NCBI GenBank assembly: GCA_050084985.1
Contig: JBITNC010000002.1
Location: 21,576,001 to 21,640,000 of the forward strand
DNA from: Nageia nagi
Lineage: Eukaryota; Plantae; Pinophyta
Reading direction: 5' to 3'
DNA: 64,000 nucleotides
This document shows, piece after piece, positions 1 through 13,700 of this stretch. Numbering within the stretch: the first letter of the stretch is position 1; each line of letters begins with the position of its first letter. Under the pieces are notes generated by a model. That model ran no database searches. It was given only the letters and a program-made list of their open reading frames with translations, and was not told the DNA's origin. A program made the translations under genes and the position numbers.

Positions 1-599
1 GGCATGAACTGCACGTCTAGCCAGCTCTACCTTACCGTCAAATTTGTAGTTGCATACTGCTCGAGACCTCGTGCCTCTAGAGTTGATCCAACCCCTTGGA
101 GCATCGAATTATCATAGTTACCAGAGTGCCTGGTGCTCATCGCCCAACCAACGACCTTCAAATAGGAATCACCCCTTAGGCCCCCCTGAGCTTTATTCAC
201 CCATCCAAGCTACCTAGTCCAACCATAGGAACAGACTCATAACCTTATCCGCCATGGTTCCTAAAGCACAATCGTCAGGTTTGAAATGTATCCTCGCGAT
301 CTAGAGGTTGCGCTCTTAGATCCGCTCACACCGCAAGAGAGGCAGCCCTCTCACATTCTCCCCCACTTAGAGATGTTGATGACCTCATCAATAATGCACA
401 TCGAGGGGAAGAATGGTCCTCTGGTAACTCCACATTTAGCTACATCATCCATGCCTCTCGGTCCTCCTTCTAGATCGCTCATGCCTCCTCCTTCTCTCCT
501 TATGATGTCGACTACCATTATGAACTATTCTCTAACTACTTTCACTCAAATATCCATCTCCTTTCTCCCTATCTCGTTCTCCCTTGTCCTCCTCTAGCT

Positions 600-1392
600 C
601 AGGCCCCTTATAATCGCTTAACTTCTCTACTGCGTGAATGGCTTCGGTAAGTGTGTCGATCTGTTACCTGTTGAGCTCAACTTTGGCCTAAGGTTGAAGG
701 CCCTTCATAAAATAGTGTAGCTTAACATGCTTTGAAATACCAAAGGATGCCAACACACATGTTTGAAATGATTTGATGTACTCGTCTATGGTACCAGTGT
801 GTTGTAAGGTGTCCAACTCCTCCAAAATCTTCCTATTCGCATTCATTGGTTTGAACTATTCTCTCAATAGTTATCAGAACTCTTCCCAAGTTTTGCAAGC
901 ATCTCCCTCACTCGATACTGATCGAGTTCTCCACCAAAGCTTAGCTCCTTCATCCAACAAACCCATCCTAATATTAACCTTTTTCTTATCCTCCACTTAT
1001 GGGAGCTACCCAAAGTAACGCTCAAGGTCCCAAATCCACATTTCTAGCACTATAGCATCTCTTTCCCCACTGTATGCAACTGGCATTTTCACCTTTATCC
1101 TGGCCTCAACTTTATCATGGCTTACCGAACCAGCTATCAAGCAACTTAAGAGAGTCACTTATTCAGTTAACTCTTCAATGATACGATTGTCCTCACTTAC
1201 TTGAGCTTCTAAGTCACAGATTCGATTGGTAAGATCTGTGAGATTCTCATGTTTCGCTTCAAGTTCCTCTACCAAGGTTGCATGTTTTGCCTGAAGTCGT
1301 ACAATCTTATCACCATAACCCACATGCTCACCATGAGGTTTACTACGATTTTGGACCCTCTGATCCTTAAAATATTCCATGTGCTTATCCAT
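600..1392 (-). pseudogene. Retrotransposon gag remnant with several in-frame stops
   Basis: ORF 1159-1392 (coiled-coil-like) continues past stops into the gypsy gag capsid motifs PVAYSGERDA, WIWDLERYF, LWWRTR and LHYFMKGLQP. Confidence 0.75.
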
Positions 1393-1498
1393 AGTTCTCT
1401 GATTCCAGACTTGATAAGGAGTTTCCTCCTCTTCGGTATCCTCGATAGAAACTTCTTACAAGTCAACTTATGGTACATTCCCAATCAGTAGTATAGAC

Positions 1499-2006
1499 TG
1501 TTAGAATTTGTAATGAAATATTGTGAATATCTAGACTCCTTGTAAATTCAATTAATCACTTAAAGGTATGTAGATACCTTAAGTGATTAATAGAATTCTT
1601 TAATGTATAGACTTTGACTTTACCAAAGGAGTTAGTTGGTAGGTTGAAGTTTGGTGGTACATTTAATGTAACCCTAACCTTACCCTTGGGTTAAAGGAAG
1701 GTTAGGGAGGTGCTCTCAACCTATAAATAGAGGGCCTCTCCTCATGTAAATATATCTAAGTTTTGAGTAAGATTACTCTACTTGGTTGTGTAGGAGAGAG
1801 CTAGAGAATAGTTGTAAGAGAGACATAGATTTGAGAATAAGAGAACTAGTTGTGGATGTACTCCCAAGGAGGGAGGAACCACATTATATTGGTGTCATAT
1901 TGTGTGAATGATGTTCTTAGAATTATAGATGTGTTATCTTGTGTACTCTTGAGTTTCCTAGTCTAAGGTCCTAGAGGATTTGTTTAGATCTAGTTCAAAT
2001 CCTTCA
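1499..2006 (+). mobile_element. Solo LTR of a Ty1/copia family inserted in the gag-only element
   Basis: Starts TGTTAGAATTTGTAAT and ends TTCA. Perfect 5-bp TSD TAGAC at 1494-1498 and 2007-2011. Collinear with the copia 3' LTR at 45804-46272; TATA-like CTATAAATAG near 1721. Confidence 0.9.
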
Positions 2007-3219
2007 TAGACATCTTGAACAACCAAACACACACACGACACCAATGGGTGGATAGCTCACGAGCACACTTTTCACACTTCACCCTTCAACCTACATAAGG
2101 GACATATCGATTAGGATACAACATAAGACATTACAAATTGCTAAGGCAACCAAAGTTGTGCATGAGTAGAAACAAACACACAGCATGAAGCATGCACAAA
2201 CATATGGCAAATAGCACACCCAATTCACCTGCCCTGATAGACTCTCTACGATTTTACAAGGGCTCGAATAAGGCATGATAAGAGTCTATATTTTGCCTTT
2301 TAGCATTGCAATATTTCTATGCCATCGACATGGCATATGGGATCCCACTCCTTTTCACTAGGAGTATAATATGTGTTGCCTCCTTCGATGCATCGACATA
2401 ATAGTAAGGTGCTCCCTCCTTCAGTGCATCTGCACCATGGTAAGGTGTCATCGGTACCAATGTAACGGCACCCCTGCACATACAATAATTAAGCACTAAT
2501 GCATACTCACCCATTTTCCAATCAAGGTTTGGGAGAGCAACCAATCCTTCGATGCATCATGGTTCGCATGGGTCAAATCCACATGATACACATGGCACAT
2601 GGCACCCTCCTTGCCTGAACCCCCAAAGGCTCTGATACCACATGAAACGGTCCAGCATTACATTACCCCTTGGGGCATGGTGATCGCTAGTACCACCCAG
2701 CACCAGCATAGACGGTGTGGTTCTCAAGTTGAGGTACAACCTGCATGGCATGACCTACACTTCTAGCCAGCTCCACCTTACCGTCAAATCCATAGTTGCA
2801 TGCTACTCAAGACCTCATGCCTCTAGAGCTGATCCGACCCCTTGGAGCATCGAATTATCATAGTTACCAGAGTGCTTAGTGCTCACCGCCCAACCAACGA
2901 CCTTCAAATGAGAATCACCCCTTAGGTCCCCCTTAGCTTTATTCACCCATCCAAGCTACCCAGTCCAACCATAGGAACAGACTCATAACCTTATCCACCA
3001 TGGTTCCTAAAGCACGATCGTCGGGTCTGAAATGTATCCTCATGGTCTAGAGGTTGCGCTCTTAGATCCGCTCACACCCCGGGAGAGGCGGCCCTCTCAC
3101 ACCAAGTTCCAAATTTAATAACACTGGTACATTTTGAGGTCTATCTTCTTACCACGTAGATCACATTCACAACACTAGTTCTTTGCATATTCGACATAAT
3201 AATTAAAATAGTTGCTCAT

Positions 3220-4400
3220 GTCAATGCAAGTGTCGCCTACCCTTGTTGACTGTTGTATGTCTGAAGCAACCAAATAAGTCTCTTGTCATGGTATAAGTGT
3301 TAATTTTTATTGATTTTATAATATAATACATTTTTAGTGAATTAGATTTGAAGTCAGAATTATTAAAGCAAGGTATTTTTTTTTTATAAATGCAAATAAG
3401 TTTCATTTGTATAAAGTGTTAATTTTTGTTGATTTGTTTATTTTTATATAATACATTTTTAATGGATTAAATATGAAGTGAGAACCATTAAAGTAAGCTA
3501 TTTTTTATAAATGCAAATAATTGTCATTGTCATGGTATAAAGTATTAATTAGTTAATTTTTGTTGACTTGTTTATTTTTTCATATTATATTTCTAGTGAA
3601 TTAGATATGAAGTTACAACCATTAAAGCAAGGTATTCTTTTATAAATGTTAATGTTGAGATTTGGTTGTCATCTTACTTATTTTAGGAGGAGGTCAAGTT
3701 GCAAGAGAAATAAATAGTCAAGGTCAAGGTTCAAAATTCAAGTAAAGAATATTTTAATATTTTGTTAAGATACTTTTCATAACATATAATATATTCATTA
3801 TAGAAATATCATATATGTATTCTCTCTTTCAAGTTCATCATTATTACAATATATTATATTATTTAATTAGGTTTTATTATTTAACCAATTTTCATTTAAT
3901 ATAAGAATAATATTTGTAAATAATATTCAATTAGGAGAAATCTAAAACATCAAAACACATTTTCAGACTTGACAGAACTCCATGAAAATAACATATGAAA
4001 GTTTTAAGAGAGCTCTACGAAGATTGTAGATTGTAGATGACTGACACGTAGTTTTTTTTGGTCAGTTTAGAATAGGAATAAAATGTGATCCATATATTCT
4101 TAATTGAAAATCTATGATTTCTTTGTAAAAAACATGTTTTTGGATCTCTATATAAAGAATCCCCCTTAATAAATTTACCCTTACCAAAATAAAATATTCA
4201 ACTAGGAGGAGAAAAGATGAATGAAGCCATCTAAGTGGAGGAGTTGCTCTCTTATGAGTGTGATTGTATGTTAGAGGAAGGTCCCTCTGATACGAAACTT
4301 AAACGTGTAGTGCTTAAAGACATGAATTAAAGCTTAAGGTTATAAAAAAACCATGAAAATGGTTAAGTTAGCAATTGATATCCAAAGATATACAAGGTTA
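3220..4400. repeat. AT-rich block with ~120-bp internal subrepeats, homologous to 52170-52790 and 59540-60380
   Basis: Shared strings CGCCTACC..TGTTGTATGTCTGAAGCAA, ATGGTATAAGTGTTAAT, ACCATTAAAGCAAGGTA and GGAGAAAAGATGAA(T/G)GAAG. The first string is seen only in this copy and the 59.5-kb copy. Confidence 0.8.
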
Positions 4401-5906
4401 GCAAACTTGTAATAAAATTCATGATGCCAATAGTGTTTGTTATCTAAAAAGTGTGCATGTACCATTTAACTAGCCCAAAATATGGATCCTAGATCTATGC
4501 TCTAATATAGCAAGACCAATCCATAATTTGCAACTCAAGTCATGGTTGCTCTAGGCTTTCTATGGGAAACAATCAAGTTGCACATCAAGCTTCAACAAGT
4601 GCATCTCAAGCATAAGATCAAATTAGAATGAAATATCTTTAGAGGAAAGTATTTGATATTGAATTTAACATCTTTTGCAGTAGAAAAGTGAAGACTATGA
4701 TGGTCATTATGTCTACTTCAAAAATTTGATTTTCTCCATTTGAACAAGTATTTAATAGGTCATTATGCTCTTACTAGTACTTGAGAGAAAAAGTCAATGT
4801 AATTAATGCAATTGTACTCTAAGCACTATAACAATACTCCAAAAATGGATAGTATTTATGAGTTAAACTTATAGAACAAAACAAAAAATAAATAAATTCT
4901 TACAAAGTATTAAATGCAAACAAAAAAATACTCCATGCTACTAGAGCACATTATTACAATGCTTTATCTTTAAAAAATTTAATGCTTATGGAGGGGGGTT
5001 AAAACATATCTTGCAAGCAACCATAAAATAAATGTCCACCAACCAAAAAAATAATAAAAAAGGCATATGGACACCAGCTTAGCACACCCCACCAAATGAA
5101 TTTTTTTAAAAAAATTAAACATTATAAGCTACACGAAGTGAAAAAAAGGGAGAATAAGGGTAATGGAAAAAATGAGGTGCTACGAAGGAGGGAGGAATGG
5201 ATGAGAGGGAGAGAGAGGAGTATGCGTAGCCCACGAGATTTAACAAACAACTAGAAAGAGGGAGAGCAATGTCGCGATATGGAGAGCATCTCCTATGTGC
5301 CCTTTTTATTGAAACTGTGCAGCTCACTTTAGAGTTGACGGAGAAGCATGAAGATAGGAGGTGTAGTGAAGGAGAACTAGGAGGTGCGATGGAGGAGAAC
5401 TAGGAGGCACCACAATGGAATGGTCATCAGATGGCTAAGAGAAATGGTATTTCGATGACGCACAACCCATGCAACCAATAGATATGCGTAGTCTTTTTGA
5501 GTTTATCTCAAGCAGTTTTTTGACAATAAGAGTCTTCAAATTATTAATGATATGTTTGAAATAATAACTCATCTATATTCTCTTCGAGCCACACTTCGCC
5601 ACATTATGAGTTCGATTCTTGTTAGTTCTCTGCAACCTTCTGTTAGCTTTGGCTCTGCACATATAACCTAACTATGGACCTATGTTTCATTTCTACATTC
5701 ATTGCTCATCTATCAAAAGATTCAACCATAGCTATCCTACCATCCATGCCAATGTATGATTTATATATATATATATATATCTGATTTGATTTATACTATT
5801 AAAGCTCACCTTTTTAAGTTTTTTTTTTAAATTAAAAAAATACATATCTATTGGAAAAAATTCCAAATATATACAACTTTTATTAAATTTTTACAAATAT
5901 AATTTG

Positions 5907-5908
<2 letters not shown>

Positions 5909-5941
<33 letters not shown>
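5909..5941. repeat. (TA)n microsatellite (shorter one at 5762-5780)
   Basis: Direct reading. Confidence 0.9.
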
Positions 5942-5942
<1 letters not shown>

Positions 5943-6234
5943 CACTCAAACATTTTGATATATTAGACAAAATCTTCAAATTAAAGATATACAAAAATTA
6001 TAGCAATATAATAGACAATTTCAAAATTGCAACTAATAATAAGGTATATTAGTATAAGCAAAAAAAATTGCATCATAATATATTGCTAATTTAAGTAATT
6101 TTTACACAAAAATTGCAACTAATAATAAGGCATGTTAGTAAAAAACATTGCATAGCAATATAATGATACACAAATTTTCAATGAAAAGTTGCAACACATA
6201 AAAGAGGTATTAGTATAAAAAAAAAAGGAGGTTA

Positions 6235-6854
6235 TACCTTGAAATAGTTTTACCTCACTAATGAAGATTAGGATGAAGTATGAAGACCTCCAAGTTGAAT
6301 ATGAGTTTCCAAACCAAGGAAGTGAAGAGGAACCTCCAAGGGGCTCTGATACCAAATGAAAGAATTGAACTATAACAAAAACAACTATAAACTCCTAAGA
6401 TCATATGAAAGCTCACAATACACATCTAACAAACTCAAAAACCAATCTCACAATGCAACACAAGATGTAAGTGGTTCCTCCAACTAGGAGTACATCCACT
6501 AACTAGATATCTCTTCTTAACAAATATGAACTCTTACAATCCTCCTACTCTTTTCTCCTAAGCACTATCCTATAGCATAACTTTTCTCCACACATTGGTG
6601 TATGATCACAAAGAGGGGGCCTTCTATTTATAGGTCAAAATCCCTCTTTGGATCAACCTTTTATCCAATGTACAAAAGCATGACATGCACATCCTTTTAC
6701 CCAAGGGGCATGCTCATGACATGAAGTGTAGGACAAGTTACATTATCATATTCACATAAATACTTAAGGTATCAAATGATACCCTTAAGTGTTAGTGAAC
6801 TTACATAAAAGATTATTACATAACCTTTACGATAATGCATTATACATTCCAACA
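6235..6854 (-). mobile_element. Truncated copia-type element: 5' LTR (6357-6854), Met PBS and ~110 bp of leader
   Basis: The minus strand reads TGTTGGAATG...AATTCTTTCA, then TGGTATCAGAGCCC (6354-6341). Termini and the GTACTCC..GGAACCAC motif resemble the LTRs at 1499 and 45804. Confidence 0.8.
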
Positions 6855-7799
6855 ATATTGTTATCTATTTTTTGTAGTTTGTTGTATCATTGACATCAAT
6901 GTATGTCCATTTGGATCTCTTATCATCTTATCCCATTTGTAGTTCCCGATGACGATGCAAACACTTAGGTCACATCCACCTTGGGTTGCCTTATATTATT
7001 CCCTTGAGTTTGATAATAGGTTGTGACTATCATAGTTTGTGAGGGATATCTTTATGTTAAAAATGACTTATTGATGCATTTTGACATTCTACAATGTCAT
7101 ATCTCTTATTTCATCACCTAGCAATTTGTATCATTTTTCATCGCTTGTGTTTCATGTGTCATCCCTTTTGTTTTTTATGTTACAATTTTTTAATGCTTTA
7201 TTTATCATTGGTCATCATGTTGATAATTTTTGTTTCGATCATTTTATACATCTTGATTATTTTGATGCTTGCCTTAATTCACTACTTAGCCCTATGTAGT
7301 GCCTTGGTAAGCATGTATGTTTCATGGTCGTTTCTCCCATGTTTTCCAAAATTAATCATTAGTCATATTTTTATGTAATTTTAAGTCACCCCATTTAGTT
7401 TTGTTTTATTTTGAGGTCATTTGCTAGCATTTCGAATTTTAGAGATGGTCCTAAAATTCGACCCTTGTAAAAATTACTTTTTGGATTGATCTTTTTGACT
7501 TATGAAATAATGTTCATTTTCTGTTCTATTATTTTTGTTCTTCTTTGATATAAACATGATCATCATGTCAAACATGCTTGTAACTTATTGTTTGATGTCT
7601 CTTTGAAAGCCAAATTGGGGGCTACATAGAATGGCACCTTTTCAATGACTAATGAAGGATGTCACAACTTGATAAGTTGCTCAAATTTGGGCTTTGTATA
7701 TAGGACAAATGGACTCCAATTTTTTATCTGTTTAATTCTACATTCATATCAAACTACCTAGATTCATGTCATCAAATTCGCTTGGTCGATCGGCATGAT

Positions 7800-10700
7800 G
7801 GTTACTTAAATTTTTTCACTTTCACTTATTATAGTTTTGTCCAAACACTATTACAAGCTAATTGATGATATTGTTTGCATATCGATTTGAGTGTTTATGC
7901 TCTGTTATCATTTCATGTCATGTTCATCGATGTCTGTGGTCATGTTAATCATGCTTGTCTATGGTGTTTTGCATGGGCATGCATGGTCACCCTATCACCT
8001 TTTCATCATTGTCATTTTATCAAATTTTTATCATCTTTTTTAATTCTATTCACTTACCTTTTCTAATACTTGTAAATATGTGAAGTTTGGGATTCATTTT
8101 ATTTATTTTTGTCCATTTTATTTTACTAATTATTTTATTCTTGATTACTTTATGGTCAAATTTTGTTGTAAACCTCTTTTTTATCAATTTTTATCTTGGT
8201 AATCATTGTGCAAATTTTGTCATATTTATCTTGTAACCATTTATGATCATTTTTTTTCATACTTTATTTATTTATTATCATATCTTATTCACTTGTAATC
8301 ATATTCTATTTGTTTGTACTTGTATTTTGTTTGTTTATGAGCATCTTTTAGAACAATCTTATAATTATCATGTTGTAAATTGTACGTATTATGTTATTTA
8401 TGCCCTTATCATTACCTTTTTCCTTTTATCATTTTGTAGTTTATTATTTATCCCTTCATCATCATTATTTATCTTTATCATGTTGCTTGTCAATTATATT
8501 TTGTTCTGGTTATTTATTGATTCAAACATTTTTGTAAGTATTCCCTTTTAATTTGTTGCATAGATATGTGTGTTAATCAATTAAAGTTATCATGCATTAT
8601 TATATACATACATACAAATTGTTTTGTTTTCCCTCCATACATGTGTTCATTACATCGCATCCCATACATCAAAATAAAAACATACATACATATTGATATA
8701 AAAATCAATCATATCACATCTCATCATCACATCATCACATATATCATCAGAAATTATATCACCATCTATCATAAACTCATCAATATAAGTAAATCCATAA
8801 CTTACATCATGTCAAATCATCAATCTTTATAAACATGTGAACATAATCAAGTCCATAATCATGCATCAAATGATAGTCCATCACTTGATATATAATAGTC
8901 CATAATAAATGTTCGATCATACATAAGAGTGTCTATCAAAATACATTAGTGCATCAATATGTCTAAATGGATACATATACAACAATTAGCACACACAAGT
9001 GCATATCCATAGCATTTAAATCTATCATATCCCTAGGGGTTATCTTATCGATCACTTTATCCTTCGATGGGGGTCTCATCATCTCCACCCTATCTCTACA
9101 TTTTTGGGGGAGTCTTTGTCTCCCCCTCCCCCTCTACAATCACCCTTGATGGGCCTCTTGTACCATGGCTTGCACTTGGTAGCACTTGGGGGATCCTAAA
9201 TGCACTCATCCTAGATGAGTGTGCTTATCGTAGATATTACGTAACTATGTAGGTTGATTTGCTACCCTCTACCTTGTGTGTGTTATGCATCTCACTCCTT
9301 TTGGATAGGGCAATATGTATCTTGCTCCTACTATCGGATGGGGCTCCTCCTTTGATGGTGGCTCAACAACTATAATCCCTACTACCAAGAGCTACCCCTA
9401 TAAGGCTAGTGCTCTAGTTGCCTCCCTCTTCCAACTATTAAGAACCTTCTGATGTTGCTCTTATGGTATAGTGTCTACCTTCTTTGTTTATGTCAACATT
9501 GAGGCCATCTGCACTCCTACCTACGTTGCTTAAGAGTCGCCCTCTATCATTGAATAGCATCCATCATTCTCATACTTGCAATTGCACATGCATGTTATCC
9601 CTCTCTCTTCTCAAAGTATCATGCTTTATTATCATTATGTCTTGCTCCTGGCAAGTATTATCTCTCTCTCTGATATGATGATGTCTCTCTTAACAAAATT
9701 TGCATCCTTCTCACCCACTAACTATGGATTGTGGGCCTCTTATCCCTTTACTATGGCATTGAACCATTTATCAAAGTCGAGCCCACCTATGTCTCCACCA
9801 CCAATCCCTACATCTCTTGAGCCTTATTGTGTTGGTTATGCCTCTAGCTATGGCTAAGCAGCCCTTGCTATCATGGGTCCTCATGCCTCTTTCCCTCATT
9901 TTTATAGCTCATGTGGCCTCTTACCAATCATGACCTGCTCCTACTACTTATCGATGTCGGGTACCTCATCAAGTGCATCATCAAGAGGTGTGTACCTCCT
10001 TCAAAGTAATGCCCCCTATGCCTTCACTCGTCAATACAACTCAAGATCTACTAATACATCCTATAGGATCTTAAACTATCAGGTAACTCATTTGTATCTA
10101 AAAATCTCTACATCCTAGGTCCCCTTACCATGCAAATCGTGGGATCTCCTAGCATGGGCAAGCTACTCCACCTACTTTATCGAATTAAGTGCCCTCCTTT
10201 AGGGCCTCCAAATAATATCCTCTAGATGCAGGTTGGCCCATAAGATCCTATGCCATGAGTACATGCCCTCATAAGGCCTTTTACGATATCCCTCATGCAT
10301 CCTTGTCCATCTCTAAGCATACAAAAGCTCCCACCCTGCTGCGAATGCCTCTGGATCCACCATGTCATCGTTATGTAAATAGTAAGGCAACTTATGGGGT
10401 CATACCACTTGCATGTGCTCCCATGCCCAAATTTAAATCAATAGGAACATGAAGAGTCCCACTCTCCCCCTTTATCAGTTTGTTAACTATAGGTAGGTCT
10501 ACCATAAGATTATCAAGCTCCATATGTATATGGTGCACTCCTCCACGATGTCTCAAACCACATTTAGCAAGTTCTAAGGGAACTTGTGCTTGCTCATATC
10601 AGGTAGAAGAAATCCTTTGATCAATATCATGACCATAGTCACCTAGTGGTTGATAAATTATCCTTGGTCATATAATGTAGCTTTATCGATGACCCAATGT

Positions 10701-13700
10701 TCGATCTCGATGGCCTGCCATCCATCATTAAACATCCTCTACATGATCCCACTCTTGGTGGGGGTCTCAATGATCATTTCATCATCAAGGGGTACCTACA
10801 GAATTTGGTACACATCCTCCAGGTTGATCATCACCTTTCCTTTTGGAAAGTGGAACGTATTGCACTCTAAATCTCAATGCTCCACTAGTGTCTGAATGTA
10901 TGCTTGATCCATGATCACCTGACGTAATCATGCGACCCCACCTAACCTGATTGCCTCGAGCTAGATCCATTCCTCCTTGTCTAAGGCACCCTACACAGTG
11001 CTCAAGATAGGCCTTAATTTTTGTTAGAACTTATCTTGGCACAATTTCAAGTAGCAATATCAGTACCTTAATCAACATAAATATGTTTTTATTTTGTAAA
11101 GTTAGTTCTTTTGATCCTAAGTTAGTTTTTATTTTATGATCTATCATATGTTTCGTATTAAGTCAATCAACTATATCACTAATATGTCTTTTCTATGTGT
11201 CATATTACATTTTGATCCTATTTCAACTAAGTTTTGTCATTTGGTTTATCATATTTAGCCTACATTATTAGTTTTATCTAACCAATTTGCAATAGGTCAT
11301 TTAGGGTTTCTTAACTGATTTCCCACGTATCAATTAATTGACCAATTAGGTGGTTGACTAACCAACCCATCGATCATGGGTCAATCCACTTGGGGCCTAA
11401 CCGATGGGGTGCCCATCAAACCCTAAATTAGGACCGATTTGTACCCTACTAGTTAGCAGAGTCGAATGGGGTCAAACCAAACTCATGTTTGGCTTGAATT
11501 ATTTTTTAAAACTTACTAAAAATATGCATTAAAACTTAAGTTTTACTTTGATGTAAAGTTTTTTAATGCCTCTATAGTCATTTTGACTATCATTTTGTGT
11601 GATTTGGTTAAGTATTTTACAAACGATGTGATGCCTTAAGTTTTGTAGTGTCCCTATAGCTTTTGTCAATTTCTATCTATTTTAACTGGTAAAAACTCAA
11701 ATAAACTTTATTTCCTACATTTTCATAATGGAAAATGGTAGTTTTTTGACACATACTCACTTATAGGGATGCTTATCTCCTCCTGCTAGTGGTCCCCTTG
11801 GTGGGCCTTATCCGCCTATTTTTATTACTGCCATATCACTCGATAAACCTCTGCATCAACTACTGGTCACTTTTTGCTCACAAAATGGCCAAAGATCAGA
11901 GCTCCAATAGCTAACAGATAAGAATGCAAAATGGTAAGTTGATTTGGCTTTTTTATTTTTAACTTGTCGTAAGTCAACCAATCCATCCATTAGTCAATCG
12001 ATCTACCAATTTTCTCAATCGATTTGCTCAATTATCTTACCAATTAGCCTTAACCATTCTACACCAAACCAATGAGGGTTGATTTGGTCAAGTTTTTCTT
12101 CTTTTCTCATCGATTTCATCATCCTTTCTCACTCATTGATCGATAAGATGGATGTGGCCTTATCCTGAACCTCATCCCATATTCTCACTTGAGGGGAATG
12201 TAATCACCTAAACTTTTCATATTCTCGATCATTGTCATCCTAGTAGGTTCCCCCATAGGTATGATTATTTTTTTGCAAAATTGGTATTTTGGCCTTGCAT
12301 TTTACTTGTTTCTTTTTATTATTTCAAGAAATTTTATCATTTATCATTTGGCATTACATCTTGTCCAAGCGTCGTATGCCTACATGCTAAGGTTGAATGC
12401 TTGGTAGGTATGTGAGCCTATGCTTTATCATTCGACATGATTATATCACCTATCAAATCAGATCATTTAATATAGTTATGTCATTATCGTTTCATCCTTT
12501 GACTACTAGGGAAGAGCATAATCATTGATCATTTTACCCTTCAGTTGCTTAGGCAAAGTAGAGATGATTTACTTTTGTTGTTTAGTATCTCGACGCTATT
12601 GCATCCTATTGACACAATTGTGTTGTATCATTGTATAGTATGTTTGATAACTTCATTTTATGATCATCTACTTTTAATATTTTATTGGCATGATTGCATC
12701 ATTATCACATCTTATTTTTCCCAAGTATCGATTGGTTACAGCATGATAATGTTGGCACCGTGAGGTGTTATACCCATAGGTACCCTTGAAACAACTGTGT
12801 TGCTTGTATCATATCTGCTTTGCTGTGGTATAGACTGGTTACAATGTGATAGTGTTGGCATCATGAGGTGTTATAGCCATATGTACCCTAGGCATGATTG
12901 TGTCGATCCTATCAATACAACATACACTAGCACCACATCACATACACTTCACCCATTTATGTATCACATTTTGCATCTCGCAAAATTTTGTTTTGCATCT
13001 TGCAAAAACTAGCATAAAAAGGGGCATATGTAAATGCCTAAAAATCATTTATTCGCCTAGCTTAGGTGACTCATAATGATTTATCATGTCTTATATCTTA
13101 TTATGATCACATCAGTCCATTGACCCTATGCAATAGCACTTGCATAACCATTTTTGGTAACTTAGCCCTTTGTTAGCACTTGGTCAACCCTAACCTTAAT
13201 TGGCCTACCAGTTAGGGGATCAAGTGGGGATCAATCGATCGGTTAGGTATAAAACCCTAACTAGCCTACTGATTAGTTAGTGTTAAATTATAAATGTCAA
13301 TTCAAAATCATTTCTCCCTCTCCCACCAACGGATATCTTATGAGTTCTTGCATGCTTAGTCTCTTTGTCATTGTATGCACAAACTTTGACAACCTTGTAC
13401 ATCTCATGTAAGCTCAACCCATCACTTCCAAGGAAAAAAGAGAGATCTTATCCTTATCTTGCAAGGGAATCTTGGGTAAACTCGTGAGATTTTTGGAGCT
13501 CACACAAGGGTATAAAATCATATCCTTTTGCGTCTTTCTAATCCTCTTATGCATGGTTGCATTTATATATATTCTAGGCTAGTCTCTTGTAGACTTAGGA
13601 TAGATTTTGTTTAGTTTGTTTAAATAATTAACATATCATTTTGTATTTGTTTGGTATATGTTAGCTTGCATCATAGGTATTAAGCTATTTTCGAGTGTCT

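Larger units (their letters stand above)
1..3101 (-). mobile_element. Non-autonomous Ty3/gypsy-type LTR retrotransposon encoding only a decayed gag (TR-GAG-like); 3' LTR runs off the window start
   Basis: Direct repeats 1-355 and 2747-3101. The 5' LTR is 2643-3101 with TG..CA ends on the minus strand. PBS TGGTATCAGAGC (tRNA-Met) at 2640-2629 and PPT GTGGGGGAGAA at 366-356. Minus-strand gag motif KVKMPVAYSGERDAIVLEMWIWDLERYF...AKLWWRTR...TWEEF; no pol motifs seen. Confidence 0.85.

Noticed and set aside
7081-9860. Many hydrophobic 60-117 aa ORFs, also at 36993-39167
   Set aside because: Low-complexity T-rich retrotransposon 3' sequence; the frames are not preserved between the two copies.
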